Source: Patellaria atrata CBS 101060
Taxonomy: Eukaryota
Reading direction: 5' to 3'
DNA: 64,000 nt
NCBI GenBank assembly: GCA_010093705.1
Contig: MU006121.1
Location: forward strand, 62,001-126,000
Shown: positions 1 through 12,156 of the stretch, one piece after another
Layout of the letters: every line of letters begins with the position of its first letter
Position numbering within the stretch: position 1 is the first letter of the stretch
Position numbers and translations under genes: made by a program
The notes under the pieces: model-generated
What the model was told of the DNA's origin: nothing
Databases searched by the model: none
Seen by the model: the letters and a program-made list of their open reading frames with translations, nothing else

Positions 1-223
1 CTTCATAAAACCTGATGGTGGTTCTAACGTCGAGGGCTATCCGTACTACGTCTTTCCCGTCGTCGGCGTTGGCGTTTTACTCCTCGGTGTCGTGTACTGG
101 GCAGTCTGGACCAAAGTCCTACCCAGAATTGGAGGCTATAGGATTGTGGGAGAGAGGAAGATTTTGGAAGATGGTGCTGAGGTGGTTAGGTATCGGAAGG
201 TGCCAGTGAAGAAGAATTTATAG
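1..223 (+). CDS. 3' end of an APC-family amino acid permease (high-affinity methionine permease-like), partial
   Basis: Frame from base 2 reads FIKPDGGSNVEGYPYYVFPVVGVGVLLLGVVYWAVWTKVLPRIGGYRIVGERKILEDGAEVVRYRKVPVKKNL, TAG at 221-223. This is a final TM helix plus a tail typical of fungal Mup1-like permeases. Not in the ORF track because it has no start codon in the window. Confidence 0.7.
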   Translation, partial: FIKPDGGSNVEGYPYYVFPVVGVGVLLLGVVYWAVWTKVLPRIGGYRIVGERKILEDGAEVVRYRKVPVKKNL

Positions 224-586
224 TCTGATATTCTACATCATAGGTAGTCTTGAGCGGTACTGTGAACTAAAACAACTATAAGCTACCAAATCTGAACAAG
301 TGGAATATTCCGAGTGAAAATGTAGTCTATGCGTATTTGAAATTATCTGGTTGCCACTACCGTAAAAAGGATCTGGATTGGTCGGTCACCGGAGTGCCCA
401 CCTTGCTCTTACCGACCAACCGATAGATTGTGACGACTAGGATATCTCTATGAACTCGTCATATGTCATGTAGCACGACATACAGCAGAAACTCTGCGAA
501 GGTATTCCTCTGGGCGAAATCCATAGATGCGTACTGGAAGAATGAATCTAGCTTGTCCTGCGGTTCAGCTCCACAATAGAAAGAGG

Positions 587-2133
587 TCAATCCACCAGTG
601 CCTTCCAGTTCTTCCTACTTACGAAGCCCATTACCCCCTCGTCCGCCATTATATCTTTACACAACCTCCCTGTGACGACACTCCTCTCCACCTCCGCGCC
701 ACCAACGACGAACGGCTCGAATCCACCCGTCCACTTCTTCCCACTCGCCGTGCGGACCTCGACAAAACCGGAGTTCGCTTTGTCGAGCGTGAGAAACCAT
801 TGCCGCCGATGTATGGAGCCGATCGAGTTGGTGGCTCCGGTGTAGGCGTTATTGGTGCGGATGATGGAGGTTTCTTCGCTCGAGTCTTCGGAGGCATCCG
901 CGATGCCCGCCGAGGTATTGAGTGGCGAAGAAGAGGTTAGGTTAGGCGATGAGAGAATTCTGGGGGATCTAGTACCGAGATCACTGTCGCTGTCCACGGT
1001 GTCTTCGGCTCCAGTAGGAGGAGGTATAACTCCCTCCTTTCGATGGCGTTTCCGTGGGGTGTGTCGCTTCGGAAAGTTAGCCTGGTTTTTGGATAGGGTA
1101 CTTAAGCGGAGAGAGATCGTATAGTTTTGGGGGAGACGACTGCCCCGGAGGCGTATCCGTATAGAGCCCTTGAACGGCATTTCCATTAGTACACAGGTCA
1201 ACATTCCCACATGTGCACTCCGTCTCCTGCATCACTTACTTGTTTGAAGGCGGCAATGAGCTTTTCGTGCTCTGGTACGCCGTCGGGGTCATCTCCTTGC
1301 GTAGATTCAAGATCTTCTTCGTCGGTTTCAGGTCCTTTGGGTTGTTCTTTTGTGACGATTGAGTATTCTCCCGTGTCCCAGATCAATAGAGAACCGGTGG
1401 CATGAGAAGCAGATTCAATGAGATGATTCTAGTATCGTTTGGATTAGTTTAGTCGATCATACTACTATGCTAATCATGAGAGTGTTGAATATAGTTTCAG
1501 CACAAAGATAATCATCTTTGAGCAATACTAAACCGCTCCTTGAGAAGAACTTTACATGTACTAACTAGGCAAATTACGACATCGTGAAAAAAGAGATACT
1601 AACCCACATGTTATGCACCCTTGTCTCGATGGCCAACCTCCCACGTCGCCTGGAGTTTGGGTTCCCTGGTACTCCATAAGGTATTGCGAAAGATATGCTA
1701 CTTGTCTGAGAAAATTGCAGTCGCAAATCATCTACCAGACTCAGGTCAGTTTACGGGCGTTTTTCTCACGAGGGCGGTATCAAGATGGCGTCAACGTACA
1801 ATGTGTTCCAGCGATGGGATGGTTATGTTGGTGAATGACAAAGTGCCCTCGACCGAAATTATTCTCTTCGCTCGTATTTGTCAGATACAATGTTTTGAAC
1901 TTCTCAATGCTCAGTCGCGGTTCATCCGCCAGAACCTCTCTGCTACATTGTTGAAACTTGGTGCTGAAGTATGTTAGATGGTCGTCGATTTTAGCTTTGC
2001 CGGCTTCGATGGCGGCGGGGCTTGGAGCATCTCGAGTCAGAGATTGGGATGATCGGTGTGATTTTCGACTTCGAGGAGGGGGGGATATATTTCTTGTTAA
2101 GGTCTCGAGTGATCTCTGTTGTGTCATGTCCAT
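587..2133 (-). CDS. Stand-alone DNA ligase D 3'-phosphoesterase (LigD_N/PE) domain protein
   Basis: Four exons (approx. 2133-1800, 1731-1604, 1428-1240, 1168-587). Spliced product contains HFVIHQHNHPIAGTHYDLRLQFS...RLAIETRVHNMWNHLIE...GSLLIWDTGEY, matching the PE signature FVVQxHxAxxxHYDxRLE...RLAV...H...IWDxG. Confidence 0.8.
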
Positions 2134-2445
2134 GGGTTTGATGGTTGAAAATGTGGAAGTGTGGAAGGCAAGGGATGAGATCATGGGTGGTGTCGAGTCA
2201 CTAGGATGATTGTTATGACACAGGGGACATATCGAGCGTAGTTTGTACAGTTACTTCACATTGTCACTGGATTAGGATTAAGTACTACAAGTTAAAGCTA
2301 TTGACGCAATGTGTGAAGTTGCAATGTTGGGGGATATAATCTACGAACAACGTAGTAGCCCCCTCCTAGAGGTATAAAAACGAACTCCGATGAGTTCATT
2401 TCTATCCCACCTCTAGTTCTCAATTACAAGTACAGAATAAAAAAA

Positions 2446-2799
2446 ATGAGAACGATACCAAATCCTCCGCAGAAACCCGAGCCGACTATCGTCTCCATGC
2501 CATTGGAGATCAAGCTTGCCACCATGGAGCTCATTCCTCAAGCGACAGCTATCCGAAATCTAGCGAAAGCGCACCCTTCTCTTGAATCCACGGCACGGCA
2601 GTTCGTTCGCCACGACAATACTGTTGCGGGGCAGAGTGACGAAATTTTACCCCTTCTGGTTCGAATGGACATAACCCAACATGTCCTCGTGAATACGGAT
2701 ATCTCCAAGAGTAAGGAGGAAGGGATCAATCTCCATGATTTGAGTAGTACCATTCCTCGAGCGAAGGGAAGTCTGGTGGAACTTCTAGGAGAAACTTAA
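2446..2799 (+). CDS. Short hypothetical ORF with a degenerate F-box-like N-terminus
   Basis: ATG in an A-rich context, TATAAAA about 70 bp upstream. PTIVSMPLEIKLATMELIP..AIRNLAKAHPSL resembles F-box spacing. May be truncated or non-coding. Confidence 0.3.
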   Translation: MRTIPNPPQKPEPTIVSMPLEIKLATMELIPQATAIRNLAKAHPSLESTARQFVRHDNTVAGQSDEILPLLVRMDITQHVLVNTDISKSKEEGINLHDLSSTIPRAKGSLVELLGET

Positions 2800-3514
2800 A
2801 GTGCAAACCGCCATTCGAGCATGGCGCGTGAATTTGAAGCCAATGTTGGTCAACATGGTAGAGTGGGATTGTCCACTTCCAGTATACCCCATAGACGAAT
2901 GGGTCATCAATGAACTGCACTAGAGTACGGTTGAGCGATAACGTGTGGCTTGTTCAAATGACAGGAAATCCGTGTTAGGCTAGAGAGACTTGATAATCAA
3001 CGAATGGCTATAAACCAGTATGACCAAATGAAACAACTGATGACTGTACTAAAGTAAAATGACCGTGTAATAATTCTCGACATGGTAAGAATGAATGATA
3101 GTGATATATTTAGAATGAAGCTGTAGTGGTGATATATGCTCCATACTGATCCTCGGGAAATAAGTTGTTTGCATCAAGTAGAATACAGTATGGTCTAGTA
3201 TAGTACAACCATGCTACTTGAATGATAAGCTCAGAATACTTTCCGAGAGATTTGATCCTATGCATAGCAGATGAAGCCATTGTCGAATAAGAATCGTCTC
3301 TCAAAGCAGCTATATGGTATTGACGGAGCTGAAATTGGTGCGGACGGAATCATTATATGGAAAAGTTTTTGTACTAGCTGGTTCTGGTTCTAGTCTACGG
3401 AGTGCGGTGATGACTGTTCCGATTCCGGGAAACCTCAAAAAGGTAGAAAACCTCCGTCTCCCCTCTCGACGTGTGCGGCGCAGATCTATAGCTACAAGTT
3501 GCTCAAAAACCTCA

Positions 3515-4719
<1,205 letters not shown>

Positions 4720-6288
4720 TACAGGTATCATTGGTGGTTGGGGGGACGGAAGGGTACAGGACTGTATAGCTTAGAAGAGCGTGACTGCTGAACATGGAAA
4801 TTCTAGATAGAAAAGTCAAAAATAGATATCAGTCCATTGTGCTGGGTTTATCTAATGGTTGGATAAAATGGAGGTATCAAGCTATTCTTCTCACAAGGTT
4901 GTTGAGTCATTTCTGAGTACACTGATATCCTTCCGTGAAAACAGGATCGAAAATCTATCCAACACCGCTACGTCTTAGCAGTTTAATTCAATGCCCTGAG
5001 TTGCGGATTCAGTTCAGCCCGTGATATGGACTGGAGACTCCATGGACAGGAATAGGATTATAACGTTCTTCCCTTGTGACCGTGTGTTGAAGATGCTTTT
5101 GGATACATTAGTAGTTCAAGTTGTGGTGACGACTAGTTTTTATTTTATCCGAAGAACTTAGTTTCTTTGCGTAGAATGTAGTATAGTGCACCGACTCTAT
5201 AGAAGAAATTTATCTATTATACCTTAGTAAGGTGATTGTGCCTCGCCCCCAATGTGCCCTCCTTCCCCTTATCAAGAGTGCAATGTAGCCTTGTGATGAA
5301 ATCGAGCGTGCTCATGTGATCCATAGAAATTAACCGACGATCTTCTCAATCCGTAGAGTCACAACTAATTGGTGTAATGGAAGATTCAATTCCGACCTCA
5401 AGCATCATATGAATTTCGAGATCGCAGATAGAAAGGTGGGAAATACTCTAACAGTTGTCTAACCACCCTAAGCAATATATAAGGTATGTGTCTCCAGCTT
5501 TGGAGTAAAGAGTCACTAAATGATAGAAACTCTGTCCCTAAGAAATATTGTATATCTGGAGTACGGGAGGTAGTAGACCGGAACTCAGACATGAGTTCAA
5601 CCATTTATCCTTCAGGAAGAACAACATTGAGTTATCGTATCTTCTTTATTGTGAAATATCTTCCCTATTTTTCGTTTTTTTCGTTTTGTTTTCTGCTGTC
5701 CTTCATAGTACAGGGTGATGTAATCTAAGGAGATCATTCCATTGCTAGCTCTAATCTCACCATTAAAGCTAAGTGTAAATGACGATTGTCGAGAGATGAT
5801 CCATTATCAGGATCATTGAACGTTTTGAACATAGAGAACAAAGAAGTTAGCGAAATAAGAACGTTGGCTATGCTTCATGGTCAAGGTTCCATCCAGGGTT
5901 GAAGTCTTTCGTAAGATTTAATGTAGAATGAGCATGGATAGTACTGGAGAAAGAATTAGAGAAAAGGGACTACGAAGTTGCAGACAAAGCACCCAGGGGA
6001 AATGATTCGACTGTAGCCAAAGTGAAATTCTAACGGAAGGGCTTACTCACGACTTAAGCAAGTTGTAGCGGTGGTGCAGCAGGAATGGAACCAAACATAC
6101 GAAGAATATTTCCGACCAACCTAACATAAACACGTGCTTCATTAGTCATACCCTAATGTACCACCTTTGAGTTATTCCCTATTACTGTTGTTAAAACATT
6201 TGCTACGCGTAATGTTTACTTGACGCTAAAAGAGACCAGTGTCCTAAAATCATCCAAAACACCGACTGAACACCCCAATATCCATTGC

Positions 6289-9200
6289 TTATTCTTTCCT
6301 ACCTCTCCTGATCAATTTCTCTTCTAATTTTGCTACACCATCTCTCCAACTATCCTCAGACTCCTTTGGTGAATCACAAAATCCTCTCAAGAACTCCTCC
6401 ATTTTGGCTTCATCGTATTTCTCTCCGTAAATTACCTTAGCATGGACACCTGTAGTGGACTCAATTCCAGCGTCTGTAATCGAAGCTGAAACCTCAAACA
6501 TGACTGCGATCTTCGTCCGGAGTGTAGGAAGCTGCAAAACCAGTTTGATAGCTAATTCTTCATCGCTAAGAATCATCTCTTCAACGATATACGCGGTCTC
6601 AAGCTGGCGTACATTTTCTGCAAATGCGCAAGCGATGATCCACGATGAGCTGAGCTTGAAGAGAAGGGTTGAAACGGACGTTTGCGATTGGACAATACAT
6701 TGAATATTTGCGCGCAACAGCTGAAGAAAGAAACGTTTCGTTGTAGTAAGCGGATGTGGATGTGGCAACGATGTGTCTCCAACATAGGCGAGAGAGATTG
6801 GTGCATTATCTCTCGACTCAGTGCCACCCATAGGATTGTTCGAGAATGCGCCGGGATGAAGAAAAACCTGAAGTTCAGATGCATATGTCAAGGTTAGACT
6901 CAGCGGCCAGCTGCTTGCAGATGAAATACTCCATCCATGCTTCTTCTCTAGTGAGTTCGCGGTGGCTACAAGTCATGTTAGTGGCCTGCGCGTTTTATGT
7001 GCAATTATGAATTACCTTTCAATGTCTGAACTTCCTTCACAGACCAGCCGCGGCATTCCTCGCGCACCCGATCAGCCTCCCTGATCTCCGATATACATTC
7101 ATGTTTACGTTCCTGAATATCTTCTATACCCCTCTCTTTGTCGCGCAGCTGCTCTCGTAGAATATCAATTCTGCGCCTTTTCTCCTCGATTTCACCCTCA
7201 GCGGCAATGAGCTGCTCTCTCGTTGAGTTCAGTTCGTCCCTATTGCAATCCGTAAGCGCAGCTGCTTGCTGTTGCAAGTTCTTGCATTCTAACGCTAGTC
7301 GCTCATGTTGGTCAAAAAGAGGAGGTAAAGTTACGTCGAGTAGCTCTTCACGTCTCTTTAGGAGTTCCTCATCACCTAAGAAGGATTCTGCGTGCTTTAG
7401 GAGACCAGTTTTCAAATCATTCAGCAAGCTGCTTCGCCATTCGTACCAAGCTGCTTTACTTTGTAGCCTGGCTTTCGTCTTCATGTTCTTGAATTGGGTG
7501 TCCATGATAACCCTTTCTTCTGAAGGAGCAGACATATACTCGCGAAAAAGAGCAGGATTCTCTTCAAGACTACTAGCTTCGAGCATCCGGACTACTTCTC
7601 GAGAACCGGAACCATCGGCTTTGAGTTGCGTGCATCCATGATGGTACATTTCAAGTAATGGTTGCGTGCAGGCAGCCGCAACTACCCAGTCGTCAAGCGA
7701 AGGAGAACCTTCGACAGAAAGAGATGATCGGTGAGATGGCTTAGAGCTAGATGCGACGGTGTGACGGCGTTTAGTTGTGGTAAGGTCCATGAACCGGATG
7801 CCGGTCATATTAAGAAAGTCATGCAATGGAATTGGATCAATTTCGGTACCCGGAGCTCCAGCATCAACTTTGGTTGGACTGGGTGCCGGACCTGTGGAAA
7901 GGATTGCAATTGACGTGGTTCGATCTTGTTTTTGTACAGTTGATATGTTTTTGGGGGTCAGAATCCTGTTAGGGCTAATGACCTTCTTTGGAGTAATAAT
8001 TCTCGGTGTTAAGGGACGTTTCATCGGAGAGGGCTGAGTGTCCTGTTTCCTGGGCGTGGATAATAATTTGATAGAATCCGATAGAGCATTAGAGCTCTTT
8101 AAATTCAAGGAAAGTTTCGCGTTTTTATGTATGAAGTCCTCTACAGGTGCAATGCTTGTAGGCATTGGAGAAGCGTCTTGGTCATGGTGAACAAAGATAG
8201 GGGGTGGAGAAGACTTTGGAATCTCAATGAAATTCGTATTGGTAGTAAGGAATGAAGAGTGGGTATTGTTTCCAATATGTTTTATGGAAGTCCCGATTTG
8301 TTCAGACTCTGGCGTGTAAGGAAGGGTATCACTATCTTTGAGTGTACTCGAATATTCCTTCATAGACACCTCTGTGTTTTGCATAATTTGAGATGCTGGT
8401 CCATCGCCCTGCCTACTCTTTTCTTGGTCGGAAGGCAATGGCTTTGCTGCGAACTCGCTCGGCGATTGCTGGATACCACCAACCACAACTGTGAAGTCCA
8501 TTGACAAATCTTCTTGTTCGATCTCATCTTCGCCGTTGTTACTTTGTTTCCCCTCATCTTGGCTCTCCTTGGAATTCATGGAGCCTTTGATGCCGCCAAC
8601 TACCATAGTGAAGTCCATAGTCCCGTCCCCTAAAGAGCTTGTTGTACTACTACGTCGGCTATTTTCGATTGCGTTGCTGTTCTTTATTCCTCCCATAGCG
8701 ATAGTAAGATCCATTGTGGCATCGCTAAAGGAAGAATCTTCACTGGAAGATTGCCCCCTTCGCACACTATTCCGTCGACCGCTGGATCTCGGCGCCGGGC
8801 TACCTTGAGCATCGGCAATAGGCTTCAAAGAAGATAACAGGGAACTTCGTCTTCTCTTTAAGCCACCGCGGGGAACATTTGCATTTTCGAGACTAGGTTG
8901 ATATATTGCCCCTACTGCTGTTGTGATATCCATGGTAGCGTCACCGGAGTCTGGATTTTCGTGTCGCTGAATAATACTACCAACTGCTTGAGTCATATCC
9001 ATACTCATTTCGCCATCTTCCTCGCTCGTTAAGTCTCTAGGTACTGCAAATGGTGGAGAGGATGGGTCCATGTTCCTTTCATCTTGCACTGATGAAAGTT
9101 GTAACTGATTTTTCGTCGTGGTAGTACCAGCGCACTTGCTCACCCAAGGCTTGAACGATGCTGTGATATCGTCTTCTGCTAACTCCATTGATAACTCTCC

Positions 9201-10149
9201 GCTCTCGTCATGGTCAATTCCCCTGGTGCCAGCTTGTTGCGCTGCCATACGTAATCTGTCTTCCAAGCTAGAGCTGGTACTTGTTGAGTCACCAGACTCG
9301 AGAGATGTCCTGGTGTCCTCGTTTCCAACCCTAGGATCCAAGGTCCTTGCCGTAGTCCCATCATCTTCAGACCTGTTGCCTTCAAGTTGTGTCGGTGACG
9401 AACTTCCCGTCAAAGGGCTGGAAGAATATATATCCTCTGGATTGTTAAAGTTCATTGGAGGGATACCAGAACTACTTCGCCTCCGCTTCCGCTGATGAAG
9501 GTCACGCTGATTGGCGGGAGACGAATGGGAGACTTCGTGCTCTACATGCTCCGGCGGCGTTGATGGTAGTTTGGGTTCCGCTGGATCGAAGCTTGGTGGG
9601 GGCGAACTGATTTCCGATTGAGGGGATCTAAACGCAGAAGCTTGCGATGTACTAGATGCCCTGCGTGTAGACCTCGAGGAAGACGATGAAGTAGTCGCAT
9701 CTCGCAAGTATTCTACTACGTCCCAGGTATGAAGCGTTGCTTCTGGCGCGAAGGACACGCGTCTATTAGCTTTACTTCTGGTCAGCATCGTGATCGACTC
9801 ATAGTATCCTTCATTCCTACCTAAGGACTTTCGACGCGCCGCACGCCTTTTTGCTTCATCCGCTTTGGATGGTAGAATGGACTTCACCGGAGCAACGAAT
9901 GCTGACTGCTATAGTTAGCTGTGAACGAATTGAAAGCATGTAGTTCTCGCGTACTTTTCTGCGATTCCCAGTACTCTCCTTCAAATGGGTCTCTTCAAGG
10001 CCCCCGGGACCAATACTTTTGCTTCTAGTCTTCTTTGCGTGTTTCACTGGTGATGCGGCCGGTGATTTGGTTTTTGTCGTCGCAATGACTAGGCCATCGG
10101 CAATGTTTTCTTTATTCTGGTCTGCAGACATGGCGGAAGAGTTATCCAT
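6289..10149 (-). CDS. SPC7: Outer kinetochore scaffold Spc7/Spc105/KNL1
   Basis: KSIL and RRVSF PP1-docking motifs, six MELT-like repeats (MELAE, MDMTQ, MDITT, MDLTI, MDFTM, MDFTV), LHDFLNMTGIRF, a coiled coil and a C-terminal RWD-like region. Introns 9954-9906, 9820-9770, 7015-6966. Confidence 0.92.
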
Positions 10150-10428
10150 GGAGCGATTCTCTTTGTAGCAGGGTGTCAGTCAAAGCACCGTGATCATGAA
10201 GATGCCGTAGGTGCGGAGCGAGAGCTCGTTGGTGTTTACTTTATGTTTTGTCAACAAATGAAGCTAAACTTTCCTTCTTGAGACTAGTGTCGTATGTGCC
10301 AAGGCCGCACACAACACCCGGACCAGCACCGCTGAATACTCAATTTTCGAACTCTCACATATACCGTGCACGACGACAACGCCTCCTACTCGACCTCAGC
10401 GTGCGAACCATAATCGATCGTCGCAATC

Positions 10429-11209
10429 ATGGCGACCGAACTTACAGTCCAAAGCGAACGCGCCTACCAGAAGCAACCTCATATCTTCCTCAACTCTAAG
10501 GTCAAGGGCAAGTCCAAGAGGGTCGGAAAAGGTGGTAGGAGATACTATAAGGATGTTGGATTAGGATTCCGGACGCCAAAGACCGCCATTGAAGGCTCTT
10601 ACATCGGTACGCTCACAGTTTCCTCTCGCCAGCTGCAAGATTGCCGTCGATGAGTCTACGATCATCCTTACGGTCCGACCCTGGCTCTGATTCTAAGCTT
10701 CGTCGGAAACCGCCTCTCTCATCACTTCTTCGTTACCGAGTGACGAAGAGACTGACCTCTTCCACATCAGCTTTCTTTGTAATGCGCAGCTTCTCGATAC
10801 TAATGATGATACATAGACAAGAAATGCCCCTTCACTGGTCTGGTTTCCATTCGTGGCCGTATTCTCACCGGAACAGTTGTTTCTACGAAGATGCACCGAA
10901 CGCTTATCATTCGCCGTGAATACCTCCACTTCATTCCCAAGTACGCTCGTTATGAGAAGAGGCATAAGAACCTGGCTGCGCATGTTTCGCCAGCATTCCG
11001 TGTTGAGGAGGGCGATCAAGTAACTGTTGGTCAATGCAGACCGCTCAGCAAGACGGTAAGTTGAGAATATTTTGCATGACCTCTTTCAAGCGCAGCAATG
11101 GCCTAAGTGAATACATGATCTGCTAACACACCCCAATCAGGTTCGTTTCAACGTGCTTCGTGTTCTTCCACGAACCGGCAAAGCTGTCAAGCAATTCAAC
11201 AAGTTCTAA
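10429..11209 (+). CDS. RPS11: 40S ribosomal protein S11 (uS17)
   Basis: [20 protein letters not shown]...[12 protein letters not shown]...[17 protein letters not shown]...[15 protein letters not shown]...FNKF*. Introns 10607-10816 and 11056-11140. Confidence 0.97.
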
Positions 11210-12156
11210 CGGTTTCTTTGGGTTAATGGGCATTTGTCGGCGATTGATAGGCTGAAGGCTGTAGTATAGCAGGGGCTATTTCGGCGACAATCCGCATGGT
11301 CGTCTGCCACTTAGACTTATCTGAATGAAAAAAAGCCAGCGTCGATGCCATGTTCATGGAGACTCTTTCTAATCACCTCGATCTTTCTGTTTATGCTTCT
11401 CACCTCAAAACCTGAATCCGTATAATTGAAGTCTCCTTTTAAAGCATCGCGGGTATCTACTGACGATGATGAAGTGGAACAATTGAAAGGAAGTATGGGA
11501 ATGCCATATACGGTAAAAAATCAGTCGGAAAATGTAATTGATAAGGGTAAATCGTGGAAATAACAATGAGAAGGCATCTGCCTCACATAACTGTGTACGT
11601 ACCTCGGAGTGGTTTACAACTATTACTATTTAGTGTATAGTATAGTAATTAATTGCAATTTAGCGTGAGCCGTCTCAGGTCTTGGGTGATGCACGAGCCT
11701 TGAATCTTGGCAACAAAACACTCCCTTTTTTACCTCACTTAGAAAGCAATAAATCTTACTCCAGTTCTGGCCGTAATACGTGAGTAACCCATCATAGCAA
11801 CTTGTAAGATCGAACTCTTGAAGAGACTTCATTGTGCTGATCATCACTCTAGAATATCTTCGAATTATTCCTGGCTTTGTCCATATATTCGGGTTTTAGA
11901 TTTGCGACAGAAAAGCACGCCAAGAACTATATCTAGACGGTCTTACCTCTGGGTATCTAAGACTTTCCAAGTCGATGTTCAAAAAGACCGAAACGAAGGT
12001 ACTTTATCTCATGACAATCCTAATTTCATTTTGTTTTCTATTTCCTCGAGTTATCTTTGGCCAAACACTCTTGTCAAAGCAAATTCTAAAGGAAAGCAAT
12101 CCCGCCCCTATCAGCCGTTAGATTCAGCGCAGTCGCGGCGATTGAAGAGATTAGAC

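Noticed and set aside
1429..1603. Possible nested (stwintron) splicing in PE intron 2 (G|GTTAGT...AG|TTAGT)
   Set aside because: The internal unit is only 39 nt with no CTRAY, and two-step splicing would create TGA. A single intron restores the frame.
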